Part shown: piece by piece, positions 1 through 12,531 of the stretch
Layout: every line of letters begins with the position of its first letter
Position numbering within the stretch: the first letter of the stretch is position 1
Source of the DNA: Azolla caroliniana
Taxonomy: Eukaryota > Plantae > Polypodiophyta
Direction: 5' to 3'
Assembly: GCA_043228905.1 (NCBI GenBank)
Contig: JBHGNT010000005.1
Span: 11,470,001-11,534,000, forward strand
DNA: 64,000 nucleotides
The notes under the pieces: generated by a model
What the model saw: only the letters and a program-made list of their open reading frames with translations
Told to the model about the DNA's origin: nothing
Database searches by the model: none
Made by a program: the position numbers and the translations under genes

Positions 1-1792
1 GAAACTATTATTGGAAGCTCTGGCACAGCGAAAAGCCGACTACACAAAAGGTACCCCGATATATATGACGGTGGATACGAGCCCAACCGGAATTGGATGG
101 GTGATAAACCAAGAAGACAAAGAAAAGAATCGGTATGCAATCCGATTCGGTGCAAAGGTGTTCATCGAAAGACAAAGGAAGTATGCCCAAGTAAAGAGAG
201 AGCTATGGGGAATAGTATCCGCGGTTAAAACCGATCGTGACTACCTTATCAGAACAAAGGTCATAATCGAAACCGATTGTCTACCTATTCTCGGAATGAT
301 ATCCGGTTGTGCTACACCAGATATTGCTATGCTGCGATGGATTGCCTATATCAAGTCCCTCAACCCCGAGATTTGACATATAAATAGGAAGCATAATGTG
401 GTGGCCGATATGTTATCAAGGGCAAGGTATGAGGGTGAAGAAAATTTGCACTCCGATGAAGGAGATGTTGGCCTAAACTTCTTTATGGTTTCTTGTGCTC
501 GAGTGCTTGCCATGTTTAAAGTAGAAGATTATGAGGGTGAACTTCTACCGAATTAGAAAGAAGTCCTACAAGTTCTTCCTCAAAGAAGGACATCTATAGA
601 AGTTTCCAAAGAAGAAGAATGGAACTCCACTTCAAGTGGTGTGCAAGAAACAAGATCAACAAACACTAATTGCTGAATTTCATGATAGTGTGTGGGCAGG
701 TCATCGAGGTATATGGGCAACATTTGCAAAGCTCAAGGAGAAGTATTGGTGACTGGGTGTTTACAAAGATGTAGCAAGCTATGTTGAAACATGTGATCAA
801 TGCCAATTATACTCGAATATTCAACATAGGGATAAACTTCATCTGACATATCCATTATCAATGCACTATAAGTGGTTGGTAGACATAGTGGTTATGCCGA
901 TGGGATTGGGGCAAATGAAGTATCTCGTGCTAGCAAGACAAGATCTCACCGAGCAAGTAGAAGGACGGGCGCCAAGGAATAAAACAACTTCGGCGGTTTG
1001 TAAGTTTCTCCTTGAAGATGTTATTTGTCAATACGGATGTGATGGCAAAATAGTAGATGATAGGGGAGAATTAGATGCAAATGAAGCTAAAGAATTAGAT
1101 GCGTCAAACTATCGCTCACCATGGCATACAACCCGGATGCAAATGGGAAGGTGGAACGAGGACATAGTCCGATTGTAAAAGCTCTAGCAAAGGCTTGCGA
1201 CGGAAAGATGGAGAATTGGCCACGATTACTACCTTATGCATTGTGGGCTGATTGAACTACACATAGCACGACTACAGGATATATGCCGGCCGAACTCATA
1301 TTAGGGAAAAAACCAATAATGCCTATTGAGCATAGTGTTGCTTTGTGGACATCTTTGCCATGGCAAGAGGAAATGAGTCAGGAAGACTTGCTAGCCACGA
1401 CGATTCAACAACTAGAATGGAGGCCCGAGGATGTCGAATTGGCAATAGAATGGTTGCACCAAGCTCGATTGAAGAACAAGGAGAATTTTGATAGAAAGCA
1501 TAGTCTTCGACAAAGAAAAATTGAAGACGGAGATTGGGTTCTTGTCTATGATAGTAGTCTCAATAATCAATATAGCACAGCTCGAAAGTTCGCAAAACGA
1601 TGGTTTGGCTCGTATATGGTCAAGAAAATAGAAAGCAATGCAACCTATTTTTTAGCGGAGTTAGATGGAACTCGACTTGCTTTGCCAATTGCAAGAAAAA
1701 GAATCAAGATCTTTAAGAGAAGAGAGGCCCCAAATCTTGAGATCGAAGCTCTGGATGATATAGCCTCGAACATCGAGGTTGAAAAAGAGTAA
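1..1792 (+). pseudogene. Element A: 3' part of Ty3/Gypsy pol (RNase H, integrase), disrupted by stops and frameshifts
   Basis: ORFs 11-376 (VDTSPTGIGW, RELWGIVSA, ETDCLP; RNase H), 861-1178 and 1283-1792 (integrase core and C-terminal WFGSY). Collinear with the pol at 6817-10200. Confidence 0.93.
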
Positions 1793-2169
1793 TTAAAAGA
1801 GGAACCTCACCACAATTGACACATACCGGTGGATGTGCAGGTTTGGTGGGGGTGAATGTCGTGTGGTTTTTCACACACGATATGAAAACTAGTAAAAGAA
1901 CTATTTAAGATTACCTTAATGTATTCATATGGAAAGATAGATGTCTTCAAGAGCTTCATAACGTATTTTACTACGCCTAAAATGGATAAACAAGTATCAA
2001 GTTATGTGAGTGTAAAGTTTGAAGAAAAAAAAAGAAAAGACAAAACTGTGAGGTATCCCACATAGATAGGACAACATTGGAACCCAAGATATATAATGGA
2101 AACCAAAACATATTCATTATATCAATGTGTGGAGCACAAAATGTTCAAGGTGACTTGGGCATTGTGTGG

Positions 2170-2824
2170 TGTGAACGTTTCGGATGTATGTGCGTGTGCA
2201 CGACCGTGTAGACATTTGCGTCATGGATGTTTTGGGCGTACGCGTGTTTGCATGTTTTCGTCGTGTGGACGCTTCGGGCGTACACATGTGTGCACGGCCG
2301 TGTGGATGTTTTCGGCATGTGGACGATCGTGTGGACGTTTTCAGACATACGCGTGTACACGTGCACGGCCTTGTGGGAAGCTCGGACGGAACACGTGTGT
2401 GTGGACGAGCGTGCAGATGCGTACCCGGCACGGTCGAGACATGCGTGTGCGGATGCGTACACGGCACGATCAGGATGCGCGTGTGCACGATCGTGTGGAT
2501 GTTTGCGCCTTGTGAACGCTTTGGGCATACGCACGTGTGCACGGCCGTGTGGACGCTTTCGGCTTTGGACATTTGCCCATGTGGACGCTTCGGGCATACG
2601 TGTGTGTGCACGACCATGTGGATGTTTACGGCGTGTGGACGCTTCGAGCGTACACGCATGTGCAAAGCCGTGTGGATATTTTCGGACGTATGCGCGTGCA
2701 AGTTTCAGGCGTATGCATGCATGGCCTCGTGGGACGCTCGGACGAACGTGTGTGTGTGGACGAGCACGCAAATGCGTACACGGCGTGGTCAGGACGCGCG
2801 TGTGCGGATGCGTACACAGTACGG
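2170..2824. repeat. Degenerate CG/TG-rich minisatellite inside LTR A
   Basis: Recurrent GTGTGGACG, GCGTACACG and GTGTGCACGRCC motifs. Confidence 0.85.
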
Positions 2825-3583
2825 TGTTGAGTTATTACGTGCGTGCGTGAAGAAGGAGCGGGACCACGGGGGTCTCGGACGAGGGAGAGAAGGGATGCCA
2901 AGAAAACCGACACCGGACACGACCCGGATGCAACCGAACACGAGAGAGAGAGAGAGAGAGACAAAGGAGAGGGAGAGCATGCGCGCGACACCGACTCTTA
3001 TGCACAAGAAGCAAAGGGGTTGTGCTCCCGACACCACCAAACACACCAATATGCACAAACAGATATAAGTATGTATATTACAGGGGAAAGAATACAACCC
3101 CGGCTTCGAGCTAGACCAAGGTAGGGTATGTTACAATGCCAGTCTACTGCCAAGCCGCTGATCGGGGAGCTCTCGGGCTTGTCGCGTTGAATGGGGTCTT
3201 GCACAGGAGGCCGGGCAGAAGCAAACCCAGAACCGACACGAACTCTCCACCCACACGACGAAGAAGAAGAAGAAGAAAGGCAACTACCAAGAAGAAACAC
3301 TAGAACGAAGAAAGATTAAGAGAAACTACCTAACCCTAAACTAACGGTATACCCTCTAACAGAAAATGTGCAACCCCTCTACAAGGGACCCTCCCTTCCT
3401 TTCATAGAAGAAGGAGAGGGATGCGTTACAATGTGGGATAAATCCCGACTTACATGGGATTCTCTGTCCCAACTTAACTCCTATTATTCACACGTTTTTT
3501 ACAAGGGTAAGTGTATAGGGTGCACCACGCCAATTCTTGCGATATTCCCCAGTTTCTCACCATGGCCCGGAATCTTCACGACA
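2825..3583 (-). repeat. 3' LTR of element B
   Basis: Matches 12384-13153, contains a (GA)n tract and is adjacent to the reverse-complement PPT. Confidence 0.9.
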
Positions 3584-4495
3584 TCCGCCCACAGCAAACC
3601 GCACGTCCACTGGTACGTGCCATGTTTGGAGAAGGGTGAGAGATTCCGGCCGGTGAGGAACTGGTCTTCCGTAATCCGCATTCCGGCTGCGCGTTGGCCT
3701 CATCGGTCCAAATTGTCGGCTCTGGTTCCTTCTCTACGTTTGCCTCCCGTAGGCTCGTTCAACCCGTCGATAGGTCATTCGACGTGATCCCGTAGTGCGT
3801 GGGCTTCTCCATTGGCCCTTCTTTCGACTGCATGCACGCTTCTCGTTCCTTCGGATACGTGGTGGCCTCCGTTCGAGGAGCGCTCGTGATGGTCCGCTTG
3901 CACTCTGTCGACCTCCATGTCGTCTCGATTCTCGTTCCGTGATGATCTCCATCGCCTTCATCCCCTCGTTGCCACCTACCTTCTCCTCGGTCTTATGTTG
4001 CCACCGCAGCCGAATTGCCATGCCATTTAGTTAAATTTATATTTCTATCATTGTACTTTTATATGTAAATTCTCATACATGAGAGCGAAAATGAGTGACA
4101 TGGTTATCATGCACCACATGTAATACATGAGCGCCAAATGGCAAACATGCATTTTATGCATGTCTTGTACCCTCACATGCATCATATGCATGAGAGCATC
4201 TATAAAAGAAGGAAGGGGGAGGAGAAAAAAACGTTTTTTTGGTTATGAAATTAAGAAGAAGAAATTCGTTATCGAATTGATCGTGTAACTTGTTTCTTAA
4301 ATCTAAAGATTAAAGTTCAATCAATCTCTCTCAGTTGTGTAATCTCAACTTCTCTCTTTCCCAATCTATCTTAAGTTCTTTCTCGCTAAAGCTTGCGCCA
4401 AAGCTTGTACCGACTTTGAATCCTTCCAGTCCAGAACCCCGGCGGTTCCACCTCACGATCCGCGCGTAGTGACAGATCTTCACGACATAATTAAG

Positions 4496-4513
4496 TGGTG
4501 AACCGGACGTGAA
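4496..4513 (+). promoter_or_regulatory. Primer-binding site, tRNA-Trp type (element C)
   Basis: TGGTGAACCGGACGTGAA, one mismatch to the complement of the plant tRNA-Trp 3' end TTCACGTCGGGTTCACCA as I recall it. Confidence 0.8.
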
Positions 4514-4554
4514 AGAGGCGGTAGGAAGGATCAAGTCGAGATTAATACTTGGAA

Positions 4555-6742
4555 ATGGCTTCCTCAAGCAACCAAGCGGGAGAGCTCGAAAGGATGATGC
4601 TAATCGTCGAGCAAATGATGAGATCTCGGGACAACGACGCAAGCGTGGAGAAGGCTGTCGATCGTGTCGTAGAGCTCGAGGGCCAATTCGATGGAAGGAA
4701 TGTTACGAAGTTTCTTAATGCATATAGAAGGGAGATGAATCAGAGGGACGTGTCCGAGGCACGTCAAATCGTAAGCTTCAAGAGAGTTGTCGCCAACAAC
4801 ATCCAAAGACGCGTCATCGAGCTTCAAGAAGGTAAGACAACATGGTCCGAGTTCGAGAAAACGATACTAGCGGAGTTCGTGACTGAAGACTCAACGAGGA
4901 TGACTCGACATGCCCTGATGAAGTGGATAGAGAAGAAGAATAAGAAGACGAGCGTCTCGAGGGTGTACGACGAATTCGACCAGATGTTTAGTCATCTCCC
5001 CAATACGGACCAAGTGTTGCTTGAAGAGGAGAAGACTTTGTACTTCTTGAAGGCCGTGGACATAAAGGATAGACGGGAGTTGGGGACTCTTCTCGAAGAT
5101 GATACCCAAGCAAATGGGCTCGTAGTGGACTGGATCGCAGTGAAGCGGGCATGCAATAGGCTCGACAAGCGTCGCCAATGGGTTGACGACACCGACTTGA
5201 CGGGATCGACTACCATGGAGAAAGCAAGACCGCCGAATGTAGCTGAGCTGCCAAGACAAAGTAACGTGGAAGAAAAGAAGATTGATGACGACATCATTGA
5301 AGAGCTAGTGAAGAAGTTCGAGAAGGTCACGCTAGCCAACATGAATCGTCGGTGTCCTAAAGGAAAAGAACCCTTTAGATGCGTGTGGTGCGATAGCATG
5401 GACCACATGAGAAGGGATTGTGTGAGCCTTCGAGAGGCGATTCGACAAAATATTGTATACATACATGATCTGCTCAAGCGAGACTAGAAGACCCCTACGG
5501 GTGAATTTCGGAAGAGGAGGAATGAAGAAATCTATGGAGGATGCCGATGCGACTCATGTGGATGCGATGCGCTATGCTGCGTCGGCCGGAATAAGAGTCG
5601 GGAAAGACAAGACTGAAGCTGCTAGAGCGGGAGAAAAGTTTTGGACTTCCGTTCTCGAATATGAGAAGAAGGGAAAAGTCACATCGAACGAGGTAGAGCT
5701 TGCAGACCGAAGCGTGCAAAGCATAACCGGGTGGTCGGATCCGGTGGACGACAACACCATACTCACAGAGGTGATGTGCGACAACTACGAGGTGTTCGTC
5801 GAAGAAAAGAGAAAGAGAATAGAAGAGCAAGGCCCATCTAAAAGACATGAAACAAGGAACGTGAAAAAGAAGGACGATGCGGGGACGAGTCGACCTTTAC
5901 AAATGGAGGAACGAGAATCAAGCTGAAAAGGGGAGCCGAGCATACGAGTTGAAGAAACAGTTCGGCCCGTGAAGGTTGGTGTTGAAGACCCCGCTCGGAG
6001 GACAAGGACTATACCTACGTATAAGCTAAGGTCGGACATAGAGCAGACGACGGACCTAAAGAAGATTCTCGAAGAACGAGTTCTTGATAGCCATGTAACT
6101 TTGTCCTTGAGTGAATTGCTTGGCATTACGAAGGAGTTCCATGACACGATCGTGGACCTTGTAAAGAGAAAGAGACAACAATCGGACGAGGAAGAAGAGA
6201 AGCCGCAAAAAGCAAAAACGAATGCCATAACGATGGCAAGAGATGAAGTCGATGAAGATATGGTGGATAGCCACTATACTCGACCTCATTGGGCACGAGC
6301 GACAACGGAGACGCCGGTGAAGATCGGGGAGAAGAAAGAGACCGTGGTAGCCTTGATCGACCACGGCTCGGAGATCAACCTGATGTCAACCGACTTCTAC
6401 AAAAAAGGAAGATGGCCAATCAATACAAACCACGGATGGAAGATTCGCGCGACAACAAAGTCTACGGAGGACTTGTACGGAGCTTGTCCCAATATCAAAG
6501 TCACAATCGGGGATGTGGAGATGGATCAACACTTCTTTGTACAAGAATCGGCGTCACATCCTGTCATCCTAGGGCAACCTTATATCACATCATCTCGGAT
6601 GGAGACCAAAGTGTTCGATTATGGAGCAGCCTTCGCACGAATAAAGAGTCTTGACAACCAAAGATCGGTCCAATTCCTAACGGTGCAAGCCAATCATGAA
6701 AGGAATCGAGATAGTCTCGGAGGCGAATCCTCGGATTTTTAG
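4555..6742 (+). pseudogene. Element C gag plus aspartic protease (frameshift and stop disrupted)
   Basis: ORF 4549-5487 has a CX2CX4HX4C knuckle (CVWCDSMDHMRRDC). ORF 5969-6742 has ALIDHGSEINLM and VILGQP protease motifs. Confidence 0.9.
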
Positions 6743-9700
6743 AGCGGACTATTGAAGCATGGGGCACAAATAGTCTGAGCAATCACAAGACCTCACAAGA
6801 AAGAAGAGTACGTGGATTGCAAGGAGAAGCGACATGTGTCACACCTAGTGGCGCATGTAAACTAGTACTACCCGACAAGAAGCACAAGCGCCGGATACAA
6901 GAATTCGAGAAGATGCTGAAAGAAGGAGACATAATAGAAGAAGGAGAGTTCGTGTCTTATATTATGGAAGAAGCCTCATTTAACGACGCCATCGGCGAAA
7001 TCGAGGACGTCGTGGACTTGAGCTATCTTCACAACCAACGCGTGATTTCGGTTAACTCCGTCAACATGTACACTATCATTGATGAATACCGTCGTGGCAT
7101 CTCAATGAAGGAAGCTGACATCAACACGAAATATAAAACGGTGGATAAGAAGATCAAGCCAGTTGCAGCTCCGCTACCGGAAGATAGCTGGCAAAAGATG
7201 AAGGAAGTTGCTAACGATCCAAGCTTAAGAGATCCGAAGAAGATAGGTCATGTCTTCACCAAAGAGACAAAGGGGAAGCTACGAGTTGGAAAGGAGGATT
7301 TCCTTCTCCTTGAAGAGGAGCGAATGTTTCGCGATATGCTTGAGAGACATGGGAAGGCTTTCGCATTCTTCCCACGAGAAATCGGATGTGCCGACCCAAA
7401 GGTTATAGAGCCGATGGTGATCTTCACGGTGCCTCATGTGCCTTGGAATTTGAAACCGATACTGGTTCCGAGAGCACACCTTCCGAAGCTGATCAAGCTC
7501 TTAAAGGAGAAGGTGAGTATGGGAATTCTAGAACCGTCGAATTCTCCTTATTCCAATAGGTGGTTCACGGTGCCGAAGAAGAATGGATCATTGCGATTCA
7601 TCCAAGATCTTCAACCCGTCAACAAGGTGACAATTCGAAATGCCGGAATCGGTCCGAGCGTGGACGAATTTGCCAAAGAATTTGCGGGCCGGTCCATCTA
7701 CTCCATTGGCGATCTCTACTCCGGATATGACCAATTCCAATTGGCGATCGATAGTCGGGACATTACAACCATGAGGACTCCGATCAGGCTTGTGCGGATG
7801 TGTACCTTACCCCAAGGCGCAACGAACTCGGTGGCTCATATGGTGAATGCCATGAATAAAGTCTTGAAGGATTGCATTCCGGACATCATGATGCCATTCT
7901 TGGATGATATTCCGATAAAAGGATGTTCGGATGAGGAGAAAGATGAATCGAAAGATAAGGAAGGTTATAGAAAGTTCGTTGCGGATCATATGAAAGATTG
8001 CGAGAAGGTGCTACAAAGGCTCGAAGATGCGAATTTGACATTTTCGGGAGAAAAATCCGAATTCGGGCAACCGGAGATCTTGGTGGTAGGTCACTTGTGT
8101 GGAGCATACGGCCGTAAGCCCTCGCCATCCAAAGTGAACGCAATCCAAGACATGACAGAAGAATGTGAAAACCAAACGGAGGTTCGAAGGTTCCTTGGAG
8201 CGTGCGCGTTTTATCATAGATGGATTCCTCACTACGCTCATGTCGCCGAACCATTATATGGACTACTAAAGAAAAGAATGAAGTTTGAATGGCGAGACGA
8301 GCACACAAATGCGATGCGAAGATTAAAGAAACTGCTTCTTGAAGCTTCGGCACTAAGGAAGGCCAACTATGCCGAAGGGAAACCAATTTACATGACCGTA
8401 GATACGAGCCCAACCGGAATCGGGTGGGTCGTCAATCAAGAAGGTGAAGATAATGCGCGATATGACGTCCGGTTCGGAGCAAAGGTTCTCAGCGAACGGC
8501 AACAAAGATATGCCCAAGTCAAGCGGTAACTTTGGGGTATTGTGTCGGCAGTGAAGACGGACAAAGATTACTTGATCGGGTCAGAAGTGATAATAGAGAC
8601 AGATTGTCTCCTAATTCTCGGAATGGTCTCGGGATATGCGACCCCAGATCTTGCTATGCTAAGGTGGATCGCCTACATCAAGTCTTTAAACCCAGAGATC
8701 CGTCACATTGCAGGGAAGAAGAACGCCATGGCTGACATGCTGTCGAGGGCAAGATTTTCAAACGGAAGTAACATGGTTTCGGAAGATGAAGATGTCGCCC
8801 TCGACTTCTTCAAGATAGCTTGATTGTCGGCGGAAGACCAGGACACGCAAACCCTCCATGCCTTCAACGAGAACGAGTACGAAGGAGAGTGGTTGCTCAT
8901 TGGTAGATTCCTAAGAACATTGACGATAGATGCTTCGTTGACAAAGGAGGAGGCCCTACGAATCCGAAAGAAAGCTTACCGATACTTCTTGAAGGGAGGA
9001 TTCCTTTGGCGACATCCAAAAAGAAGGACAGGAATACCACGTCGAGTGGTGGTAAAGAAAGAAGAGCAAGAGACGCTGATGACCTAATTCCACGAGAGTG
9101 CTTGGGCAGGTCATAGAGGAACATGGGCGACTTTCGAAAAGTTGAAGGAGAAGTACTGGTGGCCAAGCATGTACAAAGATGTACTCCATTTCGTGTCCAC
9201 ATGCGAAACTTGCCAAATATATTCAAATATACGTCACCGTGATGAGTTAAAGCCGACATACCCACTCACCATATACTTCAAATGGATGGTGGATCTGGTC
9301 TCGATGCCAATGGGAGTGGGACAAATGAAGTACTTAGTGTTGGCAAGGGAAGACTTGACAAATCAAGTGGAAGGACGAGCCTTGACAAATAAGACGACTT
9401 CAGCCGTTTGCAAATTTCTGCTTGAAGAGGTTTTTTGCCGATATGGATGTGTAGGGAAGATAGTGGCCGACCGAGGAGAGTTGGACGCGCACGAAGCAAC
9501 GGAGCTCTTCGAAAGACTAGGCGTGAAGCTCTCCCTCACGACTGCCTACAATCCGGAAGCGAATGGGAAGATCGAGCGAGGGCATGGACCTATCGTTAAA
9601 GCCATCGTACGGGCATGCAACGGTCGAGTCGGGAATTGGCCACGACTATTACCCTATATCTTGTGGGCCGATAGAACGACACATAGCTCGGTGACAGGGT

Positions 9701-10200
9701 ACATGCCGACGGAGCTTATGTATGGACAAAAGCCGATTATGCCCATCGAAAGGACGATCGGCTCATGGGTAGCGATACCGTGGGAGAACGAGATGAGCCA
9801 AGAAGAGTTATTAGCGGCGTAGATAAGGCAACTTGAAAGAAGACCTGAAGATTTAGAAAAAGCGCGAAAGATGATGGAGGCAGCCCGAGTAAAGAACAAA
9901 GTTCGGTTCGACAACACGCATCGACTTCGTCCCAAGAAGATTGAAGAAGGGGATTGGGTTTTGGTTTACGACAGCACCCTTGACAATCAACACAGTACAA
10001 CAAGGAAGTTTGAAAGAAGATGGTTCGGGCCGTATGTGGTGACAAGTGCCAACGATAATGCCACATACCACCTTGCGGAACTAGACAGATCAAGGTTGAC
10101 CGTACCCATTGCGGGAAAAAGAGTAAAGATTTTCAAGAAAAGACAAGACAAGGATCCTGACGTCGATCACCTCGACGATGACATAATAGGGCGGATGTAA
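6733..10200 (+). pseudogene. Element C pol (RT, RNase H, integrase) with premature stops
   Basis: RT motifs DLYSGYDQF, LPQG, FLDDI. RNase H motif VDTSPTGIG. Integrase motifs CETCQ, VADRGE, YNPEANGKIER, WFGPY. Confidence 0.95.
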
Positions 10201-10298
10201 ATGAAGACATGGAGAAATCTAATTGATCACCGTAGCCGAAATCTCACTTTCTCTCTTCTTGGCACGTATCGGAGGACGTGCGGTTTGGTGGGGGTGGA

Positions 10299-11089
10299 TG
10301 TCGTGAAGATTTTCGGCAATAGTGTGAAAATCCCATAAAACGTACAAAATCGAGTATGAATCACATAATACAATAATTGTGAAGATAACATTTTAAATAA
10401 ATTTAATATCTAAGTACAAAATGATGGAGGTTTCAAATGCACTTTATTACACGAGAAACGGACAACTAAATGTCAAGATATGAGGGTATAAAGTTTGTGA
10501 AAGGAAAAGAGAAAATTGTGAGATATCCCACATAGGCACGACAAATACGGCTCTCATCATATATAAGGTAGAGCAAAAGATATTATCGTTGTGTCTATGT
10601 TGCCACCGCAGCCGAATTGCCATGCCATTTAGTTAAATTTATATTTCTATCATTGTACTTTTATATGTAAATTCTCATACATGAGAGCGAAAATTAGTGA
10701 CATGGTTATCATGCACCACATGTAATACATAAGCGCCAAATGGCAAACATGCATTTTATGCATGTCTTGTACCCTCACATGCATCATATGCATGAGAGCA
10801 TCTATAAAAGAAGGAAGGGGGAGGAGAAAAAAACGTTTTTTTGGTTATGAAATTAAGAAGAAGAAATTCGTTATCGAATTGATCGTGTAACTTGTTTCTT
10901 AAATCTAAAGATTAAAGTTCAATCAATCTCTCTCAATCGTGTAATCTCAACTTCTCTCTTTCCCAATCTATCTTAAGTTCTTTCTCGCTAAAGCTTGCGC
11001 CAAAGCTTGTACCGACTTTGAATCCTTCCGGTTCAGAACCCTGGCGGTTCCGCCTCATGATCCGCGCGTAGTGACGGATCTTCACGACA
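10299..11089 (+). repeat. 3' LTR of element C
   Basis: TG...CA termini, follows the PPT, homologous to 58818-59917 except for a ~330-bp internal segment. Confidence 0.93.
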
Positions 11090-12347
11090 CCGCTCGCCCC
11101 CACCGTTCGTCACTCTAGGTCTCACACCGGCTCTCGGGCCGACCGCCGGAGTCTCTAGAACCGGTGTGAAGGATCCTCCTCGCGCCCCGTCCTGTCTCCC
11201 CGACCCTGTACCGAGTCGTCCTTTTCCTCATGTCGAGAGGGTGGCTTGCTCCACACCCTCTCCTGTGCTACCGATGTACTGTGTTCCGGCCTCCCCGTAA
11301 GCCTGCCTCTTCCTCCCTTTCAGGTCGGTCATCTGGAATTCCGCTCCGCCCGGTCCTCAACCGGGTCCATCCGTCACTTCGCATTGCCGAGTCCCGTTTT
11401 CCTGCCGCCACCGTCCTTCTCACTCGGTCTCACATTGCCACGTCGGCTTGAGCTGTCGGTGTCTCCGGATCGGTGTGAGGACCCTATAGGACCGGTCTTT
11501 GTTCTTTGCTTCCGGAACAGTTGTATTGGCCGTGACCTCTGCGTCCCCGTCGCCACTTTCCGTCTTTTAGGTCTTCCGTTGGTTCTCGGACGCAACCGCC
11601 TAAGTCTTGGGAATGAGTGTAGAGGACCCATACTTCAGTCAACCGCCTCTTTCGTTCCTCCCTGCCGCCATTGATCCCCTTCTTTGCGCTTCCCCATCAT
11701 CTCCCTTCTCTTTCGGTCTCACGTTGCCACGTTGGCCGAACTGCTGAAGTCTTCTCGGCCCACTCGTCATCCAACCATTGGCATACCCTTCCGACCTTTG
11801 ACCAGTCCTTCGTAAGGCCATTCGCTCCGTCCTCATCTTCGAGCTCAATCCCGATGGCTTCCCGTTCTGCTCGGTCGATCGACTTAACGAACAACAGGAC
11901 TTTGTCCGCCCCTACCAAACCTTGTTCCTGCTCCGAGAGCCAAGCAATCCATTGCTCGAACTCTCGGAACGCCTTCCTTGCGCCCCAGTAGGTCTTCGCA
12001 GATGCCACCCACTCGTCAAAGCCGCGTCGTCTCCGGCTCTTCCACCGTCCTCCATGTGCCTGCAGGAGCGTGTCTTCGAAGGCCTCCCACAAACTATGAG
12101 CTTCTCAGAGCTCCTTCACTTCTGCGTGCATGCCGATGGCGACGACCTGATAGAAGAACTCCAGCCTCAATGCCTTGTCTACGTCTCGCTCCTCCATTTT
12201 CGTATTGTAAGCTTCCAAGTAGAATGGGACTCTTTCGACCACTCACTCAGCAGCTTGTTGCGTCGTCTCTCTTCTCGTTGTTGCTCGTCCAAACTCCCTC
12301 ACCACTTCGACAAAAAGTTGTGCGAAGTCGTCTTCTTCCAAATCCAT
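11090..12347 (-). pseudogene. Element B degenerate gag plus repeat region
   Basis: ORF 11697-12092 (KVLLFVKSID...IGIELEDEDGANGL) is homologous to the Gag of C (LYFLKAVD...LGTLLEDDTQANGL). Confidence 0.75.
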
Positions 12348-12383
12348 TCTTCCTTGCCGCACTTCACGTTGGGTTCACCAAAT

Positions 12384-12498
12384 TATGGCAAGTTATTACG
12401 CGTGTGCGTGTAGAAGGGCGGGACCATGGGGGCCTCAGACGAGGGAGAGAAGGAATGCCAAGAAAACTGACACCGAACATGACCTGGATGCAACCGAA

Positions 12499-12531
<33 letters not shown>

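Larger units (their letters stand above)
3996..11089 (+). mobile_element. Element C: near-complete Ty3/Gypsy LTR retrotransposon with a 5'-truncated left LTR
   Basis: Left LTR 3996-4487 matches 10598-11089. PBS at 4496, gag-PR-RT-RH-INT order, PPT 10282-10298, right LTR 10299-11089 with 12-bp terminal inverted repeats TGTCGTGAAGAT/ATCTTCACGACA. Confidence 0.95.

Noticed and set aside
2096-3124. Overlapping Cys/His/Arg-rich ORFs in all frames
   Set aside because: These are translations of a stop-poor CG/TG minisatellite and LTR sequence, with no domain motifs.
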